Part shown: in pieces, positions 24,215 to 37,079 of the stretch
How the letters are laid out: each line of letters starts with the position of its first letter
Numbering within the stretch: the stretch's first letter is position 1
Origin: Bigelowiella natans CCMP2755
Taxonomy: Eukaryota > Protista > Cercozoa
Direction: 5' to 3'
DNA: 64,000 bases
Assembly (NCBI GenBank): GCA_000320545.1
Contig: ADNK01001514.1
Span: 4,806-68,805, forward strand
Made by a program: the position numbers and the translations under genes
The notes under the pieces: generated by a model
The model's input: the letters and a program-made list of their open reading frames with translations, nothing else
Databases searched by the model: none
Told to the model about the DNA's origin: nothing

Positions 24215-27200
24215 TCTAGTACTTACCGTGGTGCCCGGGATATCACCCTTGATCACACCGTAGCAACAGTCACAAACACGAGCCTAGTGCGAGGAGGGAG
24301 GGATGGAAAGAAAATATGATGATGATGATCCGCCATCATGCTATCGATGTGGCAAAATGATTATCCCTTCGTGTTCAGCACCCTCTTTTGACTTTGACGG
24401 ATGTACCTTGACCCCTCGAATATGGAGGGAGTGGGAGGCGCACTTTCGGCAGATTATGTCTCCACACACGCCGCAAATTGCCCCCTTACATATATATGAT
24501 GAAAATAATCAACACCAGAAAGCAAGAACTAAATAACCCCTCTCCATGAAGCCAAAACTGAAACGGGCAAACAGTGCTAGGGGGTTGAGGGGGATTTATT
24601 GTCACATGGCTTCCTCGTTCCTCTCTTTATTTCTATAAATTATTCTTCATTATCCTCAGCACAACTCTGGCTGTAAGAAAGATACATACATTTGGCGGAG
24701 GGGCTCCTCCTCCAGTACTCTCCATTCCATTCCCTGCTGTTGTTCCTGTCGTTCTCCTCCTCCACCGGCTTTTCGAATGCACTCGAATACACAACTTACA
24801 CACCCACGCGCTCCTCTTGTGGTAGTCCTGCAAGGACGCCATATCCCGCACCTAACGACAATGATGCAGATAATTATAATGATAATGATGATGATGATGA
24901 TGATGACGATGAAGACGATGATGGTAGATGATGATGATAGGTATGATTGTGTCCAGCTGATAAATAGTTATACTTTGAGTTGAGCATTTAAGATTTAGGT
25001 CCCACTGCTACCACCATCGCCATTATACTGCTACCACCACTACCACTACGACGAATACTACTACTACTACAACTCTACGTTGAAGAAACTCGAGGTGATC
25101 TCTGGATCCGTTTCGTACTCGCTGCTACTGGTGTGGTTTTTCGGATCAAACGGGGCGCTAAGGGTTGCTGATGCCCGGCCGGACTCACAGCCTCCTGCCA
25201 ATATTTACAAATACATCAACCAATAAAGCAACCAATCATGCCATCTGTACAGTGAAGCAACGTTCGCTTACACTGCAGAGTAGTATTAGTACTAGTACTC
25301 ATAGTAATAGTAGTAGCAGTTGTAACAGTATGGAGGAAGAAGTGAGAAAGAGGTCCAGATACACGTACCTGACTTAAGTTGCATTGCATGCTGAAAGTGA
25401 GCCTACGACGATTGGAAGGGGGGATAGAAGAAATGAGTTCCGGCATTTATGCATTGAAAAATGCACGTACGCACCCACAAAAACACGTACAAATGTTCAG
25501 AAAACTCTGTATATTCATATATTTCTAATGGTGATGATGATGCGTTATTGCTATCGTTATAACACGCATAGTGGTGTTTATTTGATCAAATCGTTAGCAT
25601 CGAACGAGTAGTGTTGAGGCATTCAATATCCATATGAAAGACCTGTCGTTGCTTTTCTATTAAATGCTCCATCTTCCGCATCCACTCATGCTGTTAAAAG
25701 ATTAATGCATAAGCGAGGTATAGTACTGTAGCAGTGATCGAGCGCGTTGTTCGTCGAGATTCAGTGGCATTGGCGAGATGGGAAAGAATGAATAAGCAAA
25801 GGAGAGCAAAGAGAATTTTTCGAAGCAGTGCCGACCTTCATCTGAGGATTGGAGTACTCAATGATGAACGATTTCTGAGGGCTTATCTAACAAGAGGGAT
25901 TATGATTATGATGTTGATGATGATGATGACAATGATGATAATGGTGATAAGCAGCTTTCGGTAAAGACGTCACCCACTAGAGAAGGAGTAGTGAGACGAT
26001 CATACGACGTAAATGCTCGACGATGTCATGTAGCGTAGCGAAGAGGTAGCGATTATATGGTAGTAGCCCTACTACCGCATTTAGAATCAACGATACCAGC
26101 GAGGGTTTTCTCAAGTGCGATTTCACGTTTTAATGATGTGCTATTCATTCACCCATTCCTCTACATACATCTCTCTCTCTCTTCCTTAAAACGAACTATT
26201 CCTCAACGTGTCTTGACCGCGACTCTCTTTCCTCATTAAATCATACCAGTTGGTGTCTTATGGGGTCTTCGTATCCAACACCATCACTGTCGATGAGGAT
26301 ATTTTTCACTGTAGCGAGGGAGAGGTGCAACGTTTGATGCACCTAAAGGAAAATGGCAATATCGCCGTAAGTGTGAAGTTTGATATTCTTTTTTGGCATG
26401 ATAAAGCACCTTATAGTGAGGCAAAGAACCGGCTGCATAAATGAGAAGGTCGTTGAACAAAAAGAACCTAGGTGCGTACATGTTGAATGAACTATCATTA
26501 GAGTACCCCCTTCATTTACATGCTACTTCTTCTTCCGCTTTGAGCAAACTAGTCAATATATTATTATCGTTCTTATTATTTTCATCATCATCATTACGTG
26601 TAAGTCTTTCGCTGGCCTTGTGCAGCAGATATTTTCACAAGTCTTGCGGACTATAATAAACACCCAATGAGCAATTAATAAGGGCAGGCAAGATAATACA
26701 ATGGTAAAAGAGAAGAAGAGAGTGAAAAAAAATTAAGTACGCAATCAAGAAGAAGAGGATAATAATGACGATAACGATGCTCAATCTTATAGATAAAATT
26801 ATCTCAAAACTATATTATTTAGAAGGGCTTTTTCAGCAAACCTTGATAAAAGTGCGCTTGGAGCTGATGAGAAATATCTTGTGACCTGGAGAAGGAAGAA
26901 AGAGAAACCATTAAGTTTCCATTATCAGACTCATACAGAGAAAACTAGCTGTAGAATGTCACACCGAAGAAAGATTGTAGCAGCTTAAGTGTTTCTATCT
27001 GCTTCCGTTGACGCACTTTTGACTTGCAATTTGAGACTTCGAGCAATATCTGAGGAGGAGATGAGGAAAGAAGTGGGAGGGAACAATGTCCATTTCTCAC
27101 TTACTCGCGAGAACAAGGCAATAAAAGCATGGATAGTACCTGCTTGATGGCTTTTGTACGTTTTTGCAGTTCCTTGGACCCATCTCGATGGTATGTCCGC

Positions 27201-27716
27201 ACATGTTTAAACCACGTTTGACGATGAAGATGTTCTTGCCGGAGTAATCTGCCATGGTGGCAATAGTTGTTATTGTAGTAGTAGTAGTTGTAGTTGTTGT
27301 AGTAATAGTGTAATAGTAGTAATAGGTGAGGATAATAAAAGCATGCTCCCGTACACATACTTACTACACCTTACACAGCTTTTCATTATCATTATCTTCT
27401 TGTTCCTCCTCCCACCCCTACTCTTATTAAATTTTAACGATTGCTTTGTCTTCTCACCGTTCCTTAAGAGTGCGCCCTTTCAGGTGCCTCTTCGTGGCTC
27501 TTCTAGAACTCATTTTAGCATCAGGTTGCTGCTTGGACATCTCGTTCTCAACGAAAGTGCGCTCTGCTAGCAGCTCCAGGAAGCCTTGAAACTCGGTATC
27601 GAGTCCAGTCATCGTTGCTAGTGTATTTTTACGATTTGTTTTAAAGGCGACTGAAGATGGATGATTCAAATCGTGCTATGCCTCATCCAAAACTTACATT
27701 TTCTTCCCTGACATTC

Positions 27717-27805
<89 letters not shown>

Positions 27806-28161
27806 CTAGGTACCGAGCAGCAGGCCATGAGCGAGGATATCCAAACACATGTGCGATGAATCCATTCTATCTGAACCGTGGATAATGCCTGAAACATCAT
27901 CGCCATATTCGTCATCGCTATTAAACCATCACAATTACTGATTCTGATAAAAATAATGTACAGTTGACGGCCCGCCATAGCTGTCCGTATATCTCTTCAA
28001 AAACGATCTTTGCTAGTGACTGTTTATGCCTGAGAGGAAGCTTGTCCACTCCCCACCAAATCTGTCAATTGCAAATGCAACATCCATGTTGATTTTGATC
28101 ATATTCCCACACGGACACCAAAAATTTCCTAAAGCTGTAACCGCTTTCACTACTACCACTG

Positions 28162-28195
<34 letters not shown>

Positions 28196-31100
28196 AAATG
28201 CTACTTCACTATAGAACCCATACCTTAAGCTTTGGCAATTTGAAGCATCTTAAGCGTCCTCGTAATTGCCGCGTAGATCTCAGCGCGACTGCCATTCGAT
28301 TGTCCAGGCCGCTGGACCCTATTTAAGTAAAACGTTCGGAATGAACAAAGGCCACAAGAGCCTCTTTCTATGTTAACATTTTATTGTGTTAGAAGTCATC
28401 ATCACCACTATCATCTATGATACATGCTACTTCACATACCGCCGAGATTTTTTATCTCCGTGGAAGCTATGTCTCTGTATTGGCGCATGAGGAAAGAGAA
28501 TGGGAAGTCTCCTTTCCCTCCCCCCTTTTTCTCCTTCATGTCGTCCGGAGTAGCCGATCTACTGCTAGATTGCTGCTCGAGCAATAACTTTTTGAAAGGA
28601 GGTGGTGGTAAAAGTTGTTGATATGCTTGTTCATCTCTAAGATTCGGAGCTGTATTGGCATCTCTAAGGTAACTTGCAAGATCTTCTGCCTTAGGGGGGG
28701 CCTGCTGCTTTCGTGCGGACTTATTCCACAACCCAGTATGGACCGCCATGAGCATCTGGGATAACGTGTTCGCAGCATCGATGCTCCTCACCTTACAGAA
28801 TAGAATGGGAAAATGGCGATGAGAGGGAAGTTGGGATATTCGTTGTTACTCTGTACTTTTTGTGATGAATGATCATCATGGTTGCTATTATTTCTCTGTT
28901 ATTATTTCTTCCAGTGATACCGGGCTGTTCGGGTTATCCCTTCTGTAGATTATGGAAAAGAGGTCCAGCAGACGGAGGACCTTCGCCGACTCTAAATTTA
29001 TCATTAGAAAGCCACTATCCCCAGAGAACAACCGGAGTGCCTGATGCAAAAATTAGATAAATGTCCCAGGAAAGAATGAACAAACAAAAAACGACCAACG
29101 AAATATAGAACAAAACTAGATGTTTGAAGGTGGTGCTGGTGTCGGTTGAGTTCACAAAATATAGAAACCTGCACAAAATCGAGATTTCTAAGATCAATTC
29201 GGTCAGCATAGCACAGTCTCAAATTGGTGTGGAACCAGTCGTCTTTGCTGCCTAAAAATCTGAAATTTATACAATATGTGAGGTGTGGGGAGTGAACGAA
29301 GGGGACCTGGCATCAACCATCTCTTATCGCAATCAATCTCACAACATATTACATACTCGGCAAGATGGTCTTTGCCAAAGTAACGGCCTGATCGATGTGC
29401 GTTATTGAAGAGAAAGTCGGCGATAAAACGCGGATCTGATATTCCATTCTCGAAGAGATACTTGACACAGTCTTTTACAGCCCGGCCCGCCTTCTCTCTA
29501 ATGTGCTCATCATCAGAATGCCGATTTGAGTAGATCTCCTTGGCCTTTAGCAAGGCTTTATCAAATATCTTTTGTCGTGTGCGGCGAAGTGTTAGTAGTT
29601 TGTCGGGGGAGGAGGAAAACGGGAGGGCAGACGGTGCTGGGATGGGTATAGAAGTCCTTCTGCTACTTTGGTGATGTGTTGTCTTGGTCGTTGCTCCCTT
29701 TGAATCATCACCATTTGTCAGTGATGTTTGTTTGTGATCGTTACCACCATCAACTTCGCCGCTTGCTGCTGCTGCTCTTACCCCTCTCGCTTCAGTCTTA
29801 AAAGAGACGTCGCCGTTTTCGTTGTTCTCGTACACGACGTGCTTAACGCGAGATTGGAGTAGCGTTCCTTCTCTTTCCTCTCCCTCGCCATTCTTGCTGA
29901 GCCTCATTGTCCCCTTCGGTGATACCACAGAGAGCTTAATTTTGAAGCCGTTGCGCTGGTGAATATCACTCTTCCCTTGCTGCTGTTTTGTCAAAACCTC
30001 AGTTCCCATACCCGTGGCAGCTGCCGCCTCCATCTCCAATAACATCCGCTGCCTCGGTGATCGATGTAGCTGAAATTGCTTCGGGGCCACATTGAAGTCC
30101 TCCAGACTCGTATTATCTCTACCACCGTTTGCAGTGATGATACTGTTCAGTGTCGGATTCGAGCCTATCGCAACATCCTCCTCTTCATCCGCAGGTACTG
30201 CAATCTTGATCAGTTTTTTCTTCTTCTTATGATGCTCTCTGTAAGATATGGAAGGTGGTTTGGGTAATGAGAGACGGTCTCCGACAGCATCTCGGTTGAT
30301 GATAAGGCCTCCGACCCGTAAAGCCTGTCGGGAGATCTCTCTCAGACATTCAAGAGCAAGCTTCTGTAACTGCGGTGACTCTGCGTCGGGTACGGGGGAT
30401 TCGTCTAAAGCAGCTTGTAATTCTGCCGCAGTAAGATGTTTGTTCCCAAACAACCTCTGAGCACCGTCCTCGCAACGGATCTTATTGGCGGAGGAAATCG
30501 ATCCAGCAGCAGAGGAGGGACCACCAACTGCTTGTCCCGACACGCCCGACACCGAATGTTGCGACGGCGACGGGCCTAACCTTTCTGAGAGGCTCATTTT
30601 CTTTCTGGAAGGGGACGCGCCTCCCGTTTTTGACGCGTGTTTCTCGTCCATCCCCTCCATTGCTGTCTTGATGCATGCCTCCATGATGTTCGAGAGCACG
30701 CCTGTCAGCAAACTGAAGGCTGGCGATGATTCGCTTGCAGTAGAGGTATCAATATCATAGTTGTAAAAGAGTCCCATAGCCTCGGTGTCAGAGTGTTTGA
30801 GAATATCCAGAAGCAGAGAAAGCAAGACAATTCGTGTTCCCACTATCTCATCTGGGTTACATATTCGAGGGATGATGCCTTCGTTGAGTACAACAGCGAC
30901 CTCGCTCTTGGCAATATGACGATAATTGGTGTAGATCACCCGAAACAAGTCGGCAGCAGCACCTGTAAGTGTCATTGGAAGGGGTTCCATCACAAAGAGC
31001 GGAGAAAGAGTTGGCAGGATAGCTGTGCGAAACAGCTGTGCTTGTTGTTCCGTAGATTCGGTAAAGATAGGGCATCCTGCATCCAATATACGCGCTAGGG

Positions 31101-33871
31101 CTCTGACGCAACATGTGGCTTTCAACCTCTCTCCTGAATCCCACAATTCACAATAGCTGCCATTTAAACTGCCAGTAACACCACCCGTTCCTGTTGAAAA
31201 AACCTTACTGACCCCCCCCGCTGCGAATTCTGCGCAGGTGGCCGTGTGCTTTGCCAGACAGATGGCTATAGCAGTAAGTAGCTTCTCATCTTCGATCTCT
31301 AATTTCGTTCTACTTTGGTTACCGAGTTTCTTTAAATTACCGTCTATCCTGGTGTCTCCTACAGTCCTCCTGCCCCGTGCAAAAGCCTCATCAACAACAT
31401 TAGAGGCAGCGTCGCAAAATGCGTACGTGCATGCGTCGTGACCAGATAAAAATCGCTGATTCCATCGATGTGTGTCCACACTGGCGGTTGTGTTGCCTAC
31501 AATATCAGCAACCACCTCGTTGTTTGGATCTCCACGTAACGACGACGATGACAATGATGACGATGACGACGATGTACGTGAAGACGATGAAGTTGTTGAA
31601 TTTCGAGTGGTGTCCTCCCAGTTCCGAGTTTTGCTACCACAATGTTTCACGCATATATTGCAGATAGACTCGATAATACTGAAGAAGCCAGATTCGACTG
31701 TATCCTGCTTTCTGAGTGGATGAATGAGGAGCTCCTCCTTTCCTGATGCAAACGTAGTTCTCGTCACGCTCTCATGGTGATCTCGATTATGTTGGGCATT
31801 TCCTTTGTTGTCGTTCGCCTCTTGCGCGATGTCCCCTGGTTGATAGAGTTGATGTCGCTGCAAAAAAGCTTGTACCCAACCTCGCGGGCATCTTATCCAC
31901 ACGCCTACTTGCTCTAGAGCTAAGACCTCATCACCTTGCTCAAGATAGTCGATTATATCGGCGTCAAAATCGGCTTCCCGTCGAATAGGGACCTGCAACC
32001 AGACCACCTTCCAAGTGTTCCCGTCACACACTTTCCCTCCCGGATTCAGCAGGAGTAACGACGCCATCGTCAGTCTCGTGCGGGTAGGAAGTGAAACTTC
32101 TCCAGCTTTACACATGGCCAAATCTCCGGCAAGGCGGCCAGCGACCGTCCTTCCATGTGTGTTCAAGACTCCGATTAAATTAACTGCTTCAGAAGCTACT
32201 TTAGACGCAAACGCTTCCCGGTGTTCGAATGGAGCCTGGGCAGCTACACCAGCGCCAAACTTAAGGGCATGTAAGATCAGTGTTTCAGATGAGGTGAGCA
32301 TCATCCCTGTAAATAAGGTCAGGAGGCTGCCCGCAGAGGCATCTTCATCATCTAGGGTAGGAAGATGAATTCCAACCCGACGCTGCTGCCATTCTTTGCT
32401 TTCGCTAGAACTGATCGTGTTTGATAGGCCACCAGCCCTAGCCCGACCGCCACGCTCTCTCTCAGCTTCTTCTACGGTTCGATCATGGTTTTTTTCATCG
32501 CCACCTCCGCCATTCCTACACTTCTTAGTGTTGTCGAAGGTATGATGATCGTTGCATGGAGACCTCCGGAGGAAATGACTTAGTGAGCGATAGAAGCACA
32601 GGCGGACTATAGTCTTAGTTCCAGATCCCTGGACACCAGCTGCATTGCTACAGTCGAGACGCCTTATGATATCATGCGCGTAAGTTGGTAGGCATTCACG
32701 CGAGGGAGCCAGCAGCCCTATCCGTTCAATCCCAGGCGCACACAATCCTGAACGAGCGAAATAAACACACAGCGAGAGAGCCCCCCCCTCTGTTGTGTTA
32801 CCTTGACCAGAGTTACCGCACTCATTTGTATCCACCCTCCAGTTATTCCTCTTTTCATCGGATCCTCCAGCACTCTTTTCCTTCGAGCCTGAAAAAACTC
32901 CTGTCTCGGAGGTCTCCACGACCTTCAGCGCTCCATGATGCCTCCGAGAGAGTGATAGAACATTTCGTTCTAGGAGGGGGGGTGGAGGCGATGACGCAGA
33001 GGCTAACACGATTCCAGTGATAGCTCCCTTCCTAGCCCCGGCAGGAACCGCATCTGAGTAACGGATGGCGAGGGAGGCCTTCTTTGAACCACTTTCCCCG
33101 CCTTTCAGGGGTGCTTTTTCTGCGCCTGCTAGCGTGTTGGAGATGTATGTGTAGTCGCGCCACCGATTGTCGTGCTCACTGTTTCCGACCACGAGACTGA
33201 TCATTATACAGTAGAAATTTAGTATGATATACGTTGAAGCAATATGATTCATCGGAGAGGAACGACCCCCACATGAGAAAACACAATTACAACGTGTAAT
33301 TTTCATTATCCTGAGCCTTCAACTTGGCATTGCTACCTAATATCTTCGATGAATCCCGTCGCCTGTCCCTTTTCTCCACTAACTGTTTCCGTTGCCCCAG
33401 GAGAATTTGCACGCACAGCAGGAAGGAAGGGGTCTCGTAGTCCTCGAGCCTTCCGACATGCATGAGTATGTATGTTCTCAGGATGTGAAAGTAATCAGAG
33501 TACCAACAGAGTTACGGATAAATAATATGGATGTTATTCAGTACCTTTCGCTTGTATTTTCCGCTTTGTTTCTTTGAAACGACGCCTTCCGATCCCCAGG
33601 CACCATCACAGCTGGTTTCAAATTGAAATGCTGTACGCTCATTTCCGACTAAGAGAGAGGAAGCAATGTGTCACGTAAGCCGCTAAACTCAGCCGAGAAG
33701 CATCGATTTTTATAAATTTCCTCCCAGATTACATTGAAACACATCCCTAATCCAACGGTAAAGTAATCGAGTACCTTTTAGATTCAGAGCTGCGGTATGC
33801 AAGTTCTTTATGAAAGCATCATCTCGGGCTTCCTTTGATAAGATCCGAATAGTCCCATCAAGAAGACTCAT
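23874..33871 (-). CDS. Large ARF-GEF-like protein: helical N-terminus, SH3-like insert, Sec7, PH and degenerate FYVE-type zinc finger; ends approximate
   Basis: Sec7: CVKYLFENG..FIADFLF, RLCYADRIDLRNLDFVQ|ALRLFSGDSGFLMINLESAKVLRLLDLFSIIYRRDNP, DAANTLSQMLMAVHTGLWN, YRDIASTEIK. PH: RLVKISAAQGQRKTYT|FFLFNDLLIYA..YK|VHQTLHL, SPQKSFIIEY, HEWMRKM. FYVE-like: CKLC, CGVCGDIICRKC, RVCDCC. Putative start MSLLDGTIRILSKEA at 33871. Confidence 0.8.
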
Positions 33872-34857
33872 TTACCTACTTATGGGAAAAAATCATCCTG
33901 GTACGTTAAGGTTGATGATTGAGATCAAATTTGATCCCTGAGTCCTAATACAATCAACTCTTTAGATGGGCTCGAATTCCGTGTAATGATCAGTTTACCT
34001 AGCTTTCCGTCTCCGGTCGACGACTAGTGAGGTAATTTCAGAGTAATAACAACTTGATCACCAGTACGTGGAAAGGCCTAGGCGATAGTTAAACTTTCTT
34101 CAGTTCAATATTGCTCAAGCAGTCGCTTCAATTCGCTCATTATTCGATGGAGGCATCGCCACTCAATAGTACGACTGTCCCGATCTCGCACGCCAAGTAA
34201 TCATACAAACGAAACAATAGCGGAAGAAACGAATGAATGGACCTTGGAAGTGTAGTTCAGAAATCCTTGCAGAATCCTACACAACAGCTTTGTTGCTCTC
34301 CCACGGAAAGGGGGTTCGAAGGAAGTGAGAGTCAGCACCTACGAACTCAGTGAATTTCTTCTATTTTTTTTTAAAGGATTTAACACATGCGGTTTCTTCA
34401 ATATGTATCGTTTTCAAGATTGATTTGAAACAAAACCCTCTATCATCCCTAGCTGCAAAGAACGTTAAAACTCCTTACATGCTCGGAAATTTGTTGATCT
34501 TTGTGCACACGCAGCTTTGTAGAGAAACGGTGCAGACCCAGCTTTGATACAAACCAAGGCCCAGAAATACCAGAGATTGGCGAAAAACTTTGATGCGACA
34601 TATTAAGTGTGCAAAAACAGAACGGAAACATAATATAAACATTGATACTCTAACATTTGGTGTGGCTGGAATTTGATCGATTTCTTCTTGTCTCACTGCC
34701 AGGTATCCCTGTATTTGAAGATAATTACACGGTCCTTTCTAAAAGAATGTTGGACTAGGCGACATGATCAGAAGGTTGTCGTAGACTAGAAATCTCTTCC
34801 AATTACATTTTCCCTGAAAGAAGTCCATACGAACTTCGTAACCAATCGGGACTTACG

Positions 34858-36226
34858 ATGGCTCTGCCATGGATTCTCGCTTTGCCTCTCCTCCTCCAAC
34901 CTACGGTAGCTTCTGCGAACCGTCTCGCTGCGCGAAGTGCTAGGACTATTCCAACAGCAAGGGCTTCTCATGGGAGGCTGAATGATGTCAGGCGTGGCAG
35001 ATGGCAGACTAGAGCAGAAATCCCAGAAGCTCCAACCACAACCACTGAAACTAAGATGTCAGAGGCAGTGCCTTTCTTGGAGAGACCTTCGAATCTGGAT
35101 GCATATCCCATGGCAGGAGATTATGGATTTGATCCTATTAAGCTTGCTAAGGACAAAGAGACTTTAATTCAGTAAGTAGCGCAAACAGTTGGTTTCTGTG
35201 ACCTACTGCTATGTTCTGACATTCTTTGCGACGATCAAAGGTATCGTCTGGCTGAGATCAAGCACGGGAGATTGGTAATGCCAATATCTTTTCCCCTAAC
35301 ATTATCGCAAAAGTGATCTCTTGCTGAAAATTCGATTGGCACTTACGGTAAGATATTTTGCAGGCGATGCTAGCGGCTGTTGCATGGCCCCTCCAAGAGC
35401 TTGAAAACCCTGTCCTTGCAAAAATGTTCAACCTACCAAACCTTGTCGAAGAAACAAGCGGAAGGTTATCATATATTCATTAATAGTGTTTGTCATACCA
35501 AAAAAGTTGCCGCTGTGCAGGTCTCCCTCTGTGCTCAATGGAGGTCTTGAGCAGGTCTCAGCTACATACTGGACTGCCGTCCTTCTTTTGACAATTGTCA
35601 TTGAGGTTGCAATCTTAACAATTTCCGTAGAAACTTTATGAAATCTTAGAAACCTCTTTTCCAGACGATTGGAAATGATAGCTGGGGCGGAACAATACAG
35701 CCTGGCGATTATGGTGAAATATTTTGTCAAGTCCGCTCAACCTGTAGTGTTAACCTTGCAAAAACTTCCATACGTAGGCTTCGACCCACTCAATCTTTAC
35801 CCAAAGGTGTAATCTAAGAGTCTATGAGCCTTCTCATCATTCAATGATAACCTGAAATTCCATAAATCAAGCTATGATATTTCTCCAGAAAAGATACTTC
35901 TGTACCCAGTATTTCCGTTGGATCAAACCACTTCATTATGCCATGCGTTCTTTCCATTGATTATTTATCTTAGGATAAAGCAGGGCAAATGGCAATGCAA
36001 GAAAAAGAGCTGAACAACGGCCGACTCGCGATGATGGCAATTCTTGGGTACCTATATCAAAAACTAACTGTGAGCATTATATTCATACAGTACATAATAA
36101 ATCAATTTCGATTTCTAATTGTCATGTCGGTGTTTAATTCCGAGCAGGTTTGTTGTCCAAGAATTCGTTCGACAGAGTGCTGTAGTAGATCAGACCCCGC
36201 TGTTCTTCAAGCCGGTTTTCTCCTAA
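34858..36226 (+). CDS. Light-harvesting complex protein, Lhcz-type, with bipartite plastid-targeting presequence; 8 exons
   Basis: Signal peptide MALPWILALPLLLQPTVASA followed by an Arg-rich transit-like segment. LHC motifs: GDYGFDP, YRLAEIKHGRLAMLAAVAWP, GRSPSVLNGGL, PGDYGFDPLNL, EKELNNGRLAMMAILGFVVQE. TAA at 36224-36226. Confidence 0.93.
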
Positions 36227-36419
36227 GGAAGATATATGTTGTGTACGTTTTAAGTGTTTGCGCACACAATTTCGAAAACGCTGTTGGCTAGTTGGGCGCG
36301 CAGTACCCATTATGCCAAGTATAAATCATCATTCTAGATTGAGGAATGTCCTATATTAGAACATACTTTGTTAGCAACACTATGGTCATGAAATATCATT
36401 GCTACGTACAGGCATTAAA

Positions 36420-37050
36420 GCATTAGGTTATCTAGATGCATGTTGCAGTTTTTGAGGTATCGAATGTTGAAGCAGCAGCGATATATGTTTAGATGTGTAT
36501 CATCTAGATTGTAATAAAGTGTCCTAAAAATTAGACCGGTACAAAGATTTAAGTACAGGCGTGCGGTGCATTGACGTTTTGACGTGCTAGCGTGCAGCAG
36601 CAAAAACCTCACATACACAGCGCCGTGCGCATATCTAGATATATCTAAGTATGTCTAGCTAGCTAGCATGCAGCTAGCGACAGCAATAAAGGATAATCTA
36701 GCTAGCTAGATATGCTCTAGCTGGTGGACTAGAGGACATGATCACGATACGAACGCGTTCATGGAAGTCACGCTCTAGCGTTCGGCAGACAGAAACGACA
36801 ACGTACGCACATTGGGCGCTAGCTAGGTATATAGGCGTGCGCGTAACAGTGTAACCGGATAATTTTAAAATCTACATACGCGCATTTGAAGAACGTAGGC
36901 GCACGGCGCACTACAGTCTATACAGGGCTACACAGCACATCTAGACTATGAGACATGTCGATGGCTACTAGGCTAGCGTGATAGTGCGAATACAAAGGCA
37001 CGTAGCATCGTTGCATGTTAATTGACGGGCTATTTGGATGACTGACTGTT
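36420..37050. other. Weakly TpA-converted CTAG-rich intergenic island
   Basis: atatctagatatatctaag occurs next to ctagctagctagcatgcagctagc; lies between convergent Lhcz and GHKL genes. Confidence 0.5.
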
Positions 37051-37079
37051 GTATGTAGCAAAATGTAACTTCAAAATTT

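Noticed and set aside
25734-26444. Plus-strand ORFs suggesting a separate gene
   Set aside because: The minus strand has GT-AG-bounded exons encoding a coherent PH domain of the Sec7 gene.
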